Origin: a virus
Length of the DNA stretch: 64,000 bases
IMG/VR virus record: IMGVR_UViG_3300007504_000003
Span: 32,001 to 96,000 of that record
Reading direction: 5' to 3' (one strand)
Part shown: piece after piece, positions 1 to 9,317 of the stretch
Layout of the letters: each line of letters starts with the position of its first letter
Position numbering within the stretch: the first letter of the stretch is position 1
The notes under the pieces: model-generated
Told to the model about the DNA's origin: nothing
Databases searched by the model: none
Seen by the model: only the letters and a program-made list of their open reading frames with translations
Program-made: the position numbers and the translations under genes

Positions 1-161
1 TCGGGCGATCGGGCTCATGACTTCTTCGGATCTGGTCGCTGCGATGGAGCAGGCGGAGCAGACAGAGAAGACGGCTGCGGTCGAGTTCCTCACGAAGGTC
101 GGTAGAGTGCTAGGCCCCATCCTAGCGGGGCTTATCAGCACCCTTATCTGACCGAGTCCAC

Positions 162-1118
162 ATGCCCCCGAAGAAGGAATTCACTCTCTATTGGAGCAGT
201 TTGCTCAAGTATGAAGAGTGTCCCCGGAAGTTTCTCTGGTACCGGGGTTGGGGCGATATCGACCTGGGCAGGGGTCCCGGTCGGGGGAAGGAAATCCCGG
301 AGAAGAAGAGCGAACACCACGCCGTGATGGGCATCGTCCTGGCGGACATGTGCGAGTATTTCTACAACGATGAGGAGTACAAGAACCCGGAGGGGCTCCT
401 CCGCCGCCTGGAGACGAAGTGCCGGGCGAGCTTCAACCGGAATCTACGGCGGAAGTATATCGACTGGCGATCGGCTCCGACCCGGGATGAGATGTGGGAG
501 GTGATCTGGTCTGGGGTGGAAGGCTTCATCCGGACGGTGAAGCAGAATCGTCTCCTGGGTGTGTACTCCAGATCGGAGGTTGACCTCCTGGGGTACGTCA
601 ACAAATACACCCCGATTGGTGGGCGGGCCGATATCATCATTCGCCGTGAGGACACCGGGATCACGATTCTGGATGGCAAGAACAGCAAGAGCAAGGGGAA
701 GTACACGGACCCGGACCAGCTACGCTGGTATGCCCTCTGTCATTACCTCTTGTACAATAAGCTGCCGGATCGCCTGGGCTTTGTGTACTTCCGTTACCCC
801 GCAGGGGCCCCTGTTCTGGATAAGGACGGGAACGACACGGGCGAGGTGGAGACCGGGGTGGACTGGATCCCGTTCACTCGGGAAGACATTCAGGGGTTGG
901 CGATTCGGGCTATCGAGGCCCGGAAGGGGATGGACAAGAAGAAGTTCCCGGCGACGCCGAAGCCGAAGGTCTGCCGGTGGTGCGAGTTTGAGCCCGTATG
1001 TACTCCCCGGTTGGAGCAGCGGGCCGCAAATTCGGCTAAGCGTCGTAAGAATTCTCTGAAGTCGTCGGAGGAGTTTTTCGGGACCCTGGATGGGGTTGTG
1101 GACCTCTCCTTCAAATGA
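162..1118 (+). CDS. PD-(D/E)XK exonuclease, Cas4/AddB-like, with probable Fe-S cluster
   Basis: GRADIII...ILDGKNSK catalytic pattern; N-terminal YEECPRKF and C-terminal CRWCEFEPVC give the 1+3 Cys arrangement. Confidence 0.85.
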   Translation: MPPKKEFTLYWSSLLKYEECPRKFLWYRGWGDIDLGRGPGRGKEIPEKKSEHHAVMGIVLADMCEYFYNDEEYKNPEGLLRRLETKCRASFNRNLRRKYIDWRSAPTRDEMWEVIWSGVEGFIRTVKQNRLLGVYSRSEVDLLGYVNKYTPIGGRADIIIRREDTGITILDGKNSKSKGKYTDPDQLRWYALCHYLLYNKLPDRLGFVYFRYPAGAPVLDKDGNDTGEVETGVDWIPFTREDIQGLAIRAIEARKGMDKKKFPATPKPKVCRWCEFEPVCTPRLEQRAANSAKRRKNSLKSSEEFFGTLDGVVDLSFK

Positions 1119-1128
1119 GAGGTGCCTT

Positions 1129-1593
1129 GTGGCGAAAAAGTCCCCCAGGAAAATGACTGAGGCGGAAATTCGCAAGCTTTCGGATCATGGGCTCCTCCGG
1201 TTCCGGGCGGCGGTGTTGGACGCTAAGCAACGCCTGGAGGAGCGATTCCTGGCTCAAGAGCCCTACCAAGCGGCTCGTATGCCTGACGGGACCGATAGGC
1301 GACGGGGCTTGAATCAGCGGTATGACCCCAGCGGCAATCGCCTGATGAGAGATATCACGGGTGAGGCTGATCTTTCCGAGCACAAGCGTCTTACCTTCCT
1401 GGCTTACGCGACGGATCGTGAGGCTCGTCGTCGGCGGATTGGGAAATGGCAGCGTTGGGAACCCAACCTTCAGGTAGACGACCCTTCTTCCGTGACTCCT
1501 TCTGACACACCGGGGGCTCACTGTCCTCTGCGGAGTCAGAGGGAGGGGTCCAGGTCCGGCCGCAGGGGCTATAAGAACCGCCACAGCAGATAG
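1129..1593 (+). CDS. hypothetical protein
   Basis: ORF in operon; GTG at 1129 follows GAGAGG. Confidence 0.5.
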   Translation: MAKKSPRKMTEAEIRKLSDHGLLRFRAAVLDAKQRLEERFLAQEPYQAARMPDGTDRRRGLNQRYDPSGNRLMRDITGEADLSEHKRLTFLAYATDREARRRRIGKWQRWEPNLQVDDPSSVTPSDTPGAHCPLRSQREGSRSGRRGYKNRHSR

Positions 1594-1644
1594 ACCGAAA
1601 GGTCAGCGGCGGTCGTATAGGGGGGAGCAGGAGGTGTTTACACC

Positions 1645-1914
1645 ATGTCCGGTCTTGACACTCGGATTCAGGAAGCTGTCCAGAAACGAGAACAGCTCGC
1701 GAAAGAAGTTCAACGCCTCTCTGGGCGGAGAGAAGAGGCTGAGGCTCGTCTCCGCCAGATAGACGATAGGTGTCGGGAGCAAGGTCTCGATCCTGCCCAT
1801 CTGGACGCCACGATTCTGGAGTTGGAGACGCGGTGCTCCGAGCTGGTACTGGCTTTGGAGCGAGACCTCCAGACCGCCGCCCACACCCTCGCCCCGTATT
1901 TGGAGAATGGATGA
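1645..1914 (+). CDS. small coiled-coil protein
   Basis: AGGAGG RBS; heptad-like helical sequence; overlaps next start. Confidence 0.65.
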   Translation: MSGLDTRIQEAVQKREQLAKEVQRLSGRREEAEARLRQIDDRCREQGLDPAHLDATILELETRCSELVLALERDLQTAAHTLAPYLENG

Positions 1915-3035
1915 AGATTCGAGCTGCCCAGAAAGATCTTGAGCAGGCCCTCAAGACCGCGTCTGTTGCACTCGCCAAGAAGGGCGGGTTGGAGTCTCAC
2001 TTTGTGGTCCGTCTGAAGGACGACAAGGTGGCGGTCCTGACGCACAACCAGCAGGTGCTCGCCTCCGCTCCTCTGGTCTGCGAAGTGACCGGTAAGGAAG
2101 GGGCTTTCACGGTGGAGGGCTGGCGTCTCCTCCGGTGGGTCTCCGGTGTGGGGGACGTTGCTCTCACCCTGGAGAGCAAGGGTTCGATCGTGACGGGGAC
2201 GTCCCCCTCCGGGAGTGTCCGCTGGCCCAGCCTGGATCCGGTCACTTTTCCTTATTGGGATAAAGGCTTCGCGAAGTCTTCCACCCAGGTGACGGTGAAG
2301 GCTGTGCGTCTCCGCGCTGCCCTCGACCACACCCGGGATTTCATCTTCCCTCATGAGTCTCAGGCTCCTCACCTCGCCCTTACGGAGGTTCAGGAGGGGG
2401 TCTTGAAGTCGATGGATCTTCGGGCCTTTGCGATGGTGGAGTCCGACGTCCTGAAGGGGTCCACTCTGAAGATTCACCTGGATCAGGTGGGTCCGGTCAT
2501 GTCCTACCTCGCCAGCCTGGGAGATGGTGACGTCGATCTGCGGCTGGCTGGGGGGACTCTCTTTTTCTCGGGATCAGATGGGTCCGTGTTCGGTCTCGCG
2601 TTGCCGCTGGCGGAGTTCCCTGAGATCGACGTGGACAAGGAGGATGAGCCCGATTGCGTGGTCTCCTTCCGGACGGAAGATCTTCGCCGTGTCCTGGTCA
2701 TCCTCTCGACGTCGGCGGATAAGGACAACCAGAAGGTTCGATTCCTCTGGGATCCGGAGGAGGAGAGGGCTTCCCTCTCTATGGAGAGCTTGGCAGGCAG
2801 CAGCGACTCGGTCCCGGTCCCGGCGGTCTCTGTAGAGAAGATCGAGGCGTTCCCTGATGGAGGCTTTCAGTTCTCTGTCCCGCACCTGAAGAAGATGCTG
2901 GACAAGAACCCGGAGGAGGTCATTCGGTTTGACCTCATCAAGAAGGTCAACAAGAAGGGCCAGCAGACGGGGCTCGTGCGCTTTTGCTGGGAAGCCCACG
3001 GGGACACCTACTTGACGGCTATTCAGTGGCTCTGA
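1911..3035 (+). CDS. dnaN: DNA polymerase III beta-type sliding clamp
   Basis: MKIRAAQKDLEQALKTA start, about 374 aa, three repeated clamp-like domains; near dnaX; ATG 1911 overlaps the upstream stop. Confidence 0.75.
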   Translation: MKIRAAQKDLEQALKTASVALAKKGGLESHFVVRLKDDKVAVLTHNQQVLASAPLVCEVTGKEGAFTVEGWRLLRWVSGVGDVALTLESKGSIVTGTSPSGSVRWPSLDPVTFPYWDKGFAKSSTQVTVKAVRLRAALDHTRDFIFPHESQAPHLALTEVQEGVLKSMDLRAFAMVESDVLKGSTLKIHLDQVGPVMSYLASLGDGDVDLRLAGGTLFFSGSDGSVFGLALPLAEFPEIDVDKEDEPDCVVSFRTEDLRRVLVILSTSADKDNQKVRFLWDPEEERASLSMESLAGSSDSVPVPAVSVEKIEAFPDGGFQFSVPHLKKMLDKNPEEVIRFDLIKKVNKKGQQTGLVRFCWEAHGDTYLTAIQWL

Positions 3036-3658
3036 CGGCTTCTGAGCTGCTCCAGGGTTACTCTCAGGCTGTGGGCCTGAGAGAGAGCCTTCGGCGCACT
3101 GAAGCTGCCTATCTTGGAGAGATTCAAGGTCTCGCGGCGGAGACAGAAATTCTGGATCTGGTCGCTCGTCTCTTCCAGAAGTTGATCGATCGCGAGGTCA
3201 CCGCTAGCGTCACGGCGGTGGAGCGACTCCAGGTGGAGGGGCTCCAGCGGATCTTCACGGATCAAGACATTGAGGTCAAGTCCACCGTAGAGGTCCAGCG
3301 AGGGAAGGTGTCGGTGTCGCTGACGACCATCCAGCACCTTGATAAGGACAACAGCATTGAAGGAGCCTCAGACGCCGCGTTTGGGGGGTCCGTGACCACG
3401 GTGCAGTCGGTGATTCTGAGGATCACCGTCTTGTTTCGTCGAGGGATGCGTCCGGTCCTGTTTCTGGATGAGGCTCTGCCTGCGGTGGACACCACCTATG
3501 TGGTGAACACGGGTTATTTCCTCCGGGGGCTGTGTGCTCGCCTGGGCATGGACCTGCTGATGGTGACTCACCTGACTGCCCTGGAGGAGTCCGCGGATCG
3601 CAGCTACCGGATTACTAACCGAGGCGGGGTGGCCTCAGTTAGGGAGCAGCCCCGGTAG
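3026..3658 (+). CDS. C-terminal half of a Rad50/SbcC(gp46)-like ABC ATPase
   Basis: Degenerate signature AFGGS, Walker B LFLDEA, D-loop PAVD, H-loop LMVTH; no Walker A; GTG 3026 overlaps the dnaN stop. Confidence 0.7.
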   Translation: MALTASELLQGYSQAVGLRESLRRTEAAYLGEIQGLAAETEILDLVARLFQKLIDREVTASVTAVERLQVEGLQRIFTDQDIEVKSTVEVQRGKVSVSLTTIQHLDKDNSIEGASDAAFGGSVTTVQSVILRITVLFRRGMRPVLFLDEALPAVDTTYVVNTGYFLRGLCARLGMDLLMVTHLTALEESADRSYRITNRGGVASVREQPR

Positions 3659-3677
3659 GGTGGGGACCGAGGAGACT

Positions 3678-4175
3678 ATGCAGTCAGAAGGATCGATCAA
3701 GCAGAAGTTGAAGCAGGTGCGCTTTCGCCACCTGAAGCGGCTGATCGAGCTGAATCTTGCTCCTCGCCCGTGTAACTGCGAGTTCAACGAGTCCGTGGGT
3801 TCCCCATCCGGGGAACCTCTCGGGATCTGCATGAACCCTGTTGGGAAGTTCGCGGATCTCTACCAGATCTGCGATGAGAACCTCAAGCTGGACCTGTCAG
3901 GGTCCTGCGGCATGTTCTCACCGCGGAAATCCAAGGAGGAGATCAAGAAGGACTTCGTGAACTTCTTGGAGGCTGCGACGATGGATGAGATCGGCGCCTC
4001 TTACCCGGTCCTGGCTGCTCTCATGTGGGTCCTCAGTGACCCCCAGGCGGGATCAGCTCCGCCTGTTGCTGAGAGCGAGCAGAGAGCACCCGTGAGTCTC
4101 CCGGTCCCTCCCCCCCGTCCGGAAGCGCGGAAGCGTTCCTGGTGGCAACGTCTCTGGGGCGGCTGGGGTGGCTGA
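3678..4175 (+). CDS. hypothetical Cys-containing protein
   Basis: GGAG RBS; PCNCEFN...C...C...C; amphipathic C-terminal SWWQRLW. Confidence 0.6.
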   Translation: MQSEGSIKQKLKQVRFRHLKRLIELNLAPRPCNCEFNESVGSPSGEPLGICMNPVGKFADLYQICDENLKLDLSGSCGMFSPRKSKEEIKKDFVNFLEAATMDEIGASYPVLAALMWVLSDPQAGSAPPVAESEQRAPVSLPVPPPRPEARKRSWWQRLWGGWGG

Positions 4176-4683
4176 TCTACTGCTAGTGAGGCCTTACCGG
4201 ATTCAGAGACGGAATGCTCTCTTCGCGGAGTTTGTGGTTGAGCCTGATCTGGCTCCTTTCCTGGTATCCTCAACTAGGGGCTTCCTTTGGGTGGATCGGG
4301 TCTCAACCAACCGGAGGATCCGAGCTGCTTTCCGACGCGATGTAGCTCGCGAGAATTACTACCGAGGCGTGGTCGCTGCGGTAATCACGGAGGGGGACCG
4401 GCGAGGATGGGGGAACGTCCATCCTCTCACATCAAAGGGACTTCAGGCCGCTATGGATCACCTGTCGTACTATGACCTCCTCCCGGTCGATGTGCTGGTG
4501 GGGGAGACTGTGGATCCTCGGGTCTGCGAGAACCAGGAACACACCAAGGTCTCCTGGTTGGGAGATGAGGTGGTGGTGGTACCTCGGGATCGAGCTTTTC
4601 TGGGGTTTCTTGGGGAAGACCCCAGCGGAATCAGCATCGTGGTGGTTCATAACGCTAGCCGTGGTATGGCGGTCCTACGGTGA
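4168..4683 (+). CDS. hypothetical protein
   Basis: ORF overlapping both neighbours in operon. Confidence 0.6.
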   Translation: MADLLLVRPYRIQRRNALFAEFVVEPDLAPFLVSSTRGFLWVDRVSTNRRIRAAFRRDVARENYYRGVVAAVITEGDRRGWGNVHPLTSKGLQAAMDHLSYYDLLPVDVLVGETVDPRVCENQEHTKVSWLGDEVVVVPRDRAFLGFLGEDPSGISIVVVHNASRGMAVLR

Positions 4684-5408
4684 AGGAGTGGCTTCAGGAG
4701 CGAGTGTCTTCGGCTCAGGATCTCTTCTACGTGGGTGAAGACTACGTCTTGGGTCGCGGCGTCCCGGAACCTCTGGCCCTTCGCCTGGGGATGGGCGTGT
4801 GGTCGGACATTCCACCCCCGACCCCGCACCCGGACCCGCTCTTTCGGGAGCGTCATGGCTCATATGGGGAGAAGCTGGAGGGAATGCTGGTGACGCCCCT
4901 GTACTCGCCCCGAGGCGAGTTGATCGGGGCGGAGTGTCGTGGGATGGAGCAGAAGCAACTCGTCCGGCTTCTGCTCCCAGAAGCCAAGTGGAATCCGGTG
5001 TTCCTGGGTCTTGATTTTGAAGCGGCTACCCAGATTCACACGGGCGGCGACGTCTGGGTTTGCGAGGGTCTCTTTGACCTGGGAGCCTTGAGTCATGTAG
5101 TCCCTCAGGAGGACACGGTGCTGGCGTCTATGTGGGCCCGTCTGTCGAAAAAGCACGTTACCTTCCTCCGGAGGTTTCTCCGGGGTTCGGTCTACGTCGT
5201 GTACGACGAGGACCCTACAGGGCGGAAGGGCGTGCTGGGTTGGGTGGACGAGAAAACCAAGCGGACATATTGGGGAGCCCTCCGTTCCCTGAGGGCTGCT
5301 GGTATTACGTGCCAGGATGTACGCTACAGAGGTGGCGGAGATCCTGGTGAGATTTGGGAAAAAACCGGTTCGGAGGGTCTGCGACAGGCCCTCGCGACTT
5401 ACCTGTGA
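4680..5408 (+). CDS. TOPRIM-domain DNA primase (DnaG-like, no zinc-binding domain)
   Basis: VWVCEGLFD, VVYDEDPTGRKG and GDPGE motifs. Confidence 0.8.
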   Translation: MKEWLQERVSSAQDLFYVGEDYVLGRGVPEPLALRLGMGVWSDIPPPTPHPDPLFRERHGSYGEKLEGMLVTPLYSPRGELIGAECRGMEQKQLVRLLLPEAKWNPVFLGLDFEAATQIHTGGDVWVCEGLFDLGALSHVVPQEDTVLASMWARLSKKHVTFLRRFLRGSVYVVYDEDPTGRKGVLGWVDEKTKRTYWGALRSLRAAGITCQDVRYRGGGDPGEIWEKTGSEGLRQALATYL

Positions 5409-5410
5409 GG

Positions 5411-5995
5411 ATGAAGATGGCTGTGAAGTTCTATCCTGCTAACGACACTATCTGGAAGTCGATGAAGGACCGGGTCTTTCAGGACCACCATGATCTCGTC
5501 GCGGTGATTGACGGGATCGCGGTGATGTTTCGGGACACGGCTCCGAAGGAGAACGGGATCGCTATCCCCTTCCAGGTGAAGAGGGCCCCGGGCGTGCTGG
5601 GGGGCCTCAGCGAGGTCCGGATCGAGTACGCCTTCTTCATCATCTTGTCGGCGGATCTCTGGGATCGGGCTTCGTCCAGGGAGAAGGACGCCTGGATGGA
5701 CTCGGCTCTCTGTGCCTGCTCTGCGGAGGAGGACACGGAGTCTGGAGAGACGAAGACCAAGCTCCGGAAGCCCGACGCCTGGGGCTTCCGGGATGCTATC
5801 CGTAGGCACGGCATCAAGGCCCTCTTCCCGCCCGTGGACAGCCAGGATGAAGTAGCGGACGGCAACAACATCCTGAACCTCTTGCAGGCTCCCAAGCCTG
5901 CGACGAAGAGGGTCCCGGGTGACGGTCCGGAGGTTGAGGCCGATTCCGCTCCGGAGCCCGAGGAAGCTAGCCTGGAAGTGGCGGCAGAGGCGTAG
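5411..5995 (+). CDS. putative phage metallopeptidase-like protein, HExxH not retained
   Basis: YAFFIILSADLWDRASSREKDAWMDSALC and KLRKPDAWGF resemble that family from memory; acidic tail. Confidence 0.4.
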   Translation: MKMAVKFYPANDTIWKSMKDRVFQDHHDLVAVIDGIAVMFRDTAPKENGIAIPFQVKRAPGVLGGLSEVRIEYAFFIILSADLWDRASSREKDAWMDSALCACSAEEDTESGETKTKLRKPDAWGFRDAIRRHGIKALFPPVDSQDEVADGNNILNLLQAPKPATKRVPGDGPEVEADSAPEPEEASLEVAAEA

Positions 5996-6015
5996 TCTCT
6001 TAGAGGAGGTGCCTC

Positions 6016-7374
6016 GTGGCGTGGGATACTCAGTATCGGCCGGCGGGCTATGAAGCCGTCGTGGGTCAAGAATCCCACGCGGCGATTCTGCGGGAGATCG
6101 TCTCGGCAGGGGCCGGGTTTGAGCAGAGCTACGTGTTTTCTGGGCCTTTTGGGTCGGGCAAGACGACGATGGGCCGGATCCTCGCCCGAGCTTTGCTCTG
6201 CGATGATCCGCAGAGGGGTAATCCCTGCGACGCCTGCCTCTCCTGTCGAAACATCCTCCGGTCGGGGTCTTCTGAGTCTTTCGTGGAAGTGGACGCCGCT
6301 ACGAACAGCGGCAAGGAGGATATCCGAGGGATCGTGGAGAGCCTCCAGTATGCGACGTTCTCAGGGACCCGTCGTATCTACCTCTTTGATGAGGCTCACC
6401 AGCTCTCCAAGGGAGCCCTGGACGCCCTCCTCAAGGTCATGGAGGATTGCATCCCCGGGACGGAGGACAAGTGGCTGATCTGCATCTTCTGTACGACGGC
6501 TCCGGAGAGCATGAGCGCGACGATCTTCGATCGTTGTGCCCCCTCGTTCACCATCAAAAAATGTACGCCAGAGCAGGTCGCGGACCGCCTCGCCTACATC
6601 TGCGATGAGGAGTCGGTGGTCTATGACAGAGCGACCCTGGAGCTGATCGCGGCCGTTAAGAAGTGCCACTTCCGGGGAGCCATCAAAGCGATGGAGACCG
6701 TCGCGAAGTTTGGCAGCGTGGACCGGACCAATACGGCTCGCGTCTTGAATCTGGGGGCCTTCGACGCTTATTTAGCGATTCTTGAGCAGATCGGTCAAGA
6801 TGAAGCGGCTTGTCAGGTCGCGGTGGACGGTCTCCTGCGCTCGACGAGCCCGGCGAGCGTTTACCACGCCCTGACTGATCTCTTCATGGTGGCTTACCGG
6901 GCGGTTCTGGGTGCCGGCTCCATCCCCTTGTACCTGGATAAAACCCGTGTGAAATCAGCAGGGAAGCTGCATGGTAGCTTTCTCGTGGCCTTCGCGACTC
7001 ACATGTCTTCCAGACTGGCCCGCCCCTCAGAGGCCACGCTTCGATGTGATCTCTCGTTGCTTCATCAGATAAGAGTGGGTACTCCTGTTAGGACCCCCGC
7101 GGCTGCGGTTGTTGTTCCACAACCCGCCGTGAAGTCTCAGCCGGAGAAAGCTGAGGCTCCCTCGGGAGATGATCCCGGTAAGGTGTCCCTACAAGTCCGA
7201 AACATCGGAGGAGTACACGTTGATGAGAGAGCAGTCAACCGGGAGACTCGAAAGCGGCTGGAGGATCAGCCAACCCCGATGGGGTTGCGGGGGATGTTGT
7301 CCCCGGAGCAGTTTCGGGTTGAACTTGGCACTCTCTTGGACCGTCTAAGTCACGATGACAGGCGACCTGCGTGA
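6016..7374 (+). CDS. dnaX: DNA polymerase III gamma/tau clamp-loader subunit
   Basis: YRP, Walker A GPFGSGKTT, Zn module C..C..C.SC, EVDAAT, DEAH, DRC arginine finger. Confidence 0.93.
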   Translation: MAWDTQYRPAGYEAVVGQESHAAILREIVSAGAGFEQSYVFSGPFGSGKTTMGRILARALLCDDPQRGNPCDACLSCRNILRSGSSESFVEVDAATNSGKEDIRGIVESLQYATFSGTRRIYLFDEAHQLSKGALDALLKVMEDCIPGTEDKWLICIFCTTAPESMSATIFDRCAPSFTIKKCTPEQVADRLAYICDEESVVYDRATLELIAAVKKCHFRGAIKAMETVAKFGSVDRTNTARVLNLGAFDAYLAILEQIGQDEAACQVAVDGLLRSTSPASVYHALTDLFMVAYRAVLGAGSIPLYLDKTRVKSAGKLHGSFLVAFATHMSSRLARPSEATLRCDLSLLHQIRVGTPVRTPAAAVVVPQPAVKSQPEKAEAPSGDDPGKVSLQVRNIGGVHVDERAVNRETRKRLEDQPTPMGLRGMLSPEQFRVELGTLLDRLSHDDRRPA

Positions 7375-7894
7375 TGCACCGACCTGGGTGGTTCTTGAAC
7401 TGACAAGTGCCGGGGAGGCCCTTGCCCGAGAGGGCGGTTTGGAAAAAGCCCTCCGAGATCATCTCGGGGTGGATTCAAGCCACCCTGTCTTTGTCCCCTG
7501 CGTCCGATTTACTCAGCAAGAGAGGACTGTCTCCATTTGTCTCATGGAGGGCTACGCTTTCGTTGCTTCGGGTCTGGGGGATTCGGATTATGTCGCCCTG
7601 GAGCGCGATTGCCCTTATGTCCGGTCGGTGCTCTCTCAGCCCGGAAGGGTCCGGACCCTCAAGGTCGTCCAGCAGCGTTCTATTGACGACATGAGGAAGC
7701 AGCTCGCGGAGCAAATCGCCTCCGATATCGAGGAAGGAATGACCGTCGTTGTCAACGACGGTCTTTACTCGTCTCTGGAGGGCGAGGTTTTGCTTCTTGA
7801 CGGAGATCATGCAAAGGTGATGTTCACCATGAGATCACTGAAGAGTGTCCAAACCATCCCGCGGGCTTTTCTTTCCCCGTTGGAAGATCAATAG
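7355..7894 (+). CDS. NusG/RfaH-family transcription elongation factor (NGN+KOW)
   Basis: VFVP...MEGYAFV NGN pattern; KOW EEGMTVVVNDGLYSSLEGEV. Confidence 0.75.
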   Translation: MTGDLRDAPTWVVLELTSAGEALAREGGLEKALRDHLGVDSSHPVFVPCVRFTQQERTVSICLMEGYAFVASGLGDSDYVALERDCPYVRSVLSQPGRVRTLKVVQQRSIDDMRKQLAEQIASDIEEGMTVVVNDGLYSSLEGEVLLLDGDHAKVMFTMRSLKSVQTIPRAFLSPLEDQ

Positions 7895-7903
7895 GAGAGA
7901 GGT

Positions 7904-8515
7904 ATGCGAGGTTGGTGGGGCGGTCACAAGGTTTTGGATCCCGCGGAGTTGGAGGCACGGTTTTCCAACGAGGACGGGTTGGGTGCCCTGGGGATCTCTC
8001 ATCGGGATCATCTGGATGATGTGCAGGAAGCCCAGATGGAGCGAGTCCGGGAGGCTCTTCGGAGCATCCCTCACCGCGAGGCGGATTTCATTGAGCTGTA
8101 CGTGTTCAAGCGTCGTAAGCAGACGGATATCGCAGCGATTTTCGGAGTAAGTCAACCGACGGTCAGCTACCGGCTGAAGCGGGCGTCGGCCCGGATTCGG
8201 TACCTGATTGAGCTGCCCCCTCTGAAGCAGGGGGAGCTGGAGGTCGTCCTCAAACGGACACTGGATGACCCTCTGGATGTTCAGATTATGCTGCTGATGT
8301 TTGAGACCACCTGCCAGAGCGAGGTGGCGAAGAGGCTGGGGGTCTCTCAGGGGTTGGTCAGGCACCGGTTCTTGCGGTCGATCAAACGCCTGGATGAAGC
8401 CGGCGGGTGCCAGAAGTATGCGGATTTGTTCCGGTATGTGTATAAGAATCTAAATATGTTGCGTGAAGTTCAGCGTCCCCAATGCCAGTCCACGATGACC
8501 TACCTGCTGGACTAG
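7904..8515 (+). CDS. sigma70-like factor with two region-4 HTH units (candidate late sigma)
   Basis: KQTDIAAIFGVSQPTVSYRL and CQSEVAKRLGVSQGLVRHR HTHs; last gene before the late block. Confidence 0.65.
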   Translation: MRGWWGGHKVLDPAELEARFSNEDGLGALGISHRDHLDDVQEAQMERVREALRSIPHREADFIELYVFKRRKQTDIAAIFGVSQPTVSYRLKRASARIRYLIELPPLKQGELEVVLKRTLDDPLDVQIMLLMFETTCQSEVAKRLGVSQGLVRHRFLRSIKRLDEAGGCQKYADLFRYVYKNLNMLREVQRPQCQSTMTYLLD

Positions 8516-8518
8516 TCG

Positions 8519-8531
8519 ATATTCGGTCTAT
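8519..8531 (+). promoter_or_regulatory. putative late promoter motif TA-N6-YTAT
   Basis: ATATTCGGTCTAT, intergenic, upstream of 8563. Confidence 0.5.
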
Positions 8532-8562
8532 TCAGGGCCAGGAGTAGAAACCCTGGATAGAC

Positions 8563-8877
8563 GTGAGCACGATCCTCTCAGTTCATCGAGTTGTCCTCGC
8601 CCGCACCGTGGCTCGACGGTGGCTGGAGGCTCAGGCTCGCCCTGAGTACCGGGTGAAGGTCTTCTTCAATGGTGAGCGAGACGGGCGGGGTGTGGGGAAG
8701 CTCCTGCATCTTTACCGGGATGGGAAGACCAAGGTCGGCGGCGTTGAGCCCATCTTGGACCTCGGGATCCGAGAAGAGTTCGATCATCTCGTACTTTGGT
8801 CCGAGGACCAGGAAGCGATGGTTCGTCTCAGCGAGTGGTTTGAGAAGAAGGGCTACGAGACCACCGGAGTCTGGTAA
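8563..8877 (+). CDS. hypothetical protein with N-terminal tag TVARRWL
   Basis: ORF; tag at 8605-8625. Confidence 0.65.
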   Translation: MSTILSVHRVVLARTVARRWLEAQARPEYRVKVFFNGERDGRGVGKLLHLYRDGKTKVGGVEPILDLGIREEFDHLVLWSEDQEAMVRLSEWFEKKGYETTGVW

Positions 8878-9308
8878 TGGCCGGAACGCTCATTCTCAGC
8901 GAGTTCACGTTCCGCTCCGGGGCGAGTAGTGCCAGCTACTACTATTTCACCATCGTCTCAGACTCCTCGGGGAACCTCTCGGTCAGGAACCTGACTGCAC
9001 CCACAGGTCTGCTTCAGGATTCTCTGACTGAGCTACCGCAGTCGGTCACGGACGATATCAGCTCTGCCTACACCACGGTGGAGGATTTCTTGGCTTCAAC
9101 TAGTGCGATCAGTGGTGAGGTGACCTTCACCGCGGAGACTTCCAAGAGCGTGACCTTCACGACGGCTCTCAACTCCGCTACCTACTCGGTGTTCTTCGAC
9201 TCTGACGCTTTCGTTCCTTTCAAGGCTACTTCTAAGGCGACGACGGGCTTCACGATCGAGGCAGGCACGACGTTTACCGGCACCGTCCGTTACAACGTCT
9301 TCCTCTAA
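8877..9308 (+). CDS. virion structural-like beta protein
   Basis: Ser/Thr-rich; C-terminal domain paralogous to that of 9318..10511. Confidence 0.6.
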   Translation: MAGTLILSEFTFRSGASSASYYYFTIVSDSSGNLSVRNLTAPTGLLQDSLTELPQSVTDDISSAYTTVEDFLASTSAISGEVTFTAETSKSVTFTTALNSATYSVFFDSDAFVPFKATSKATTGFTIEAGTTFTGTVRYNVFL

Positions 9309-9317
9309 GGACCGAAG

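Noticed and set aside
2-151. Partial ORF at the left edge (…MTSSDLVAAMEQ…LISTLI)
   Set aside because: Probably a real gene end, but too short and truncated to annotate.
162-1118. Cas4-like gene as a sign of CRISPR-Cas
   Set aside because: No cas1/cas2 or repeat-spacer array; it sits in a replication/recombination operon.
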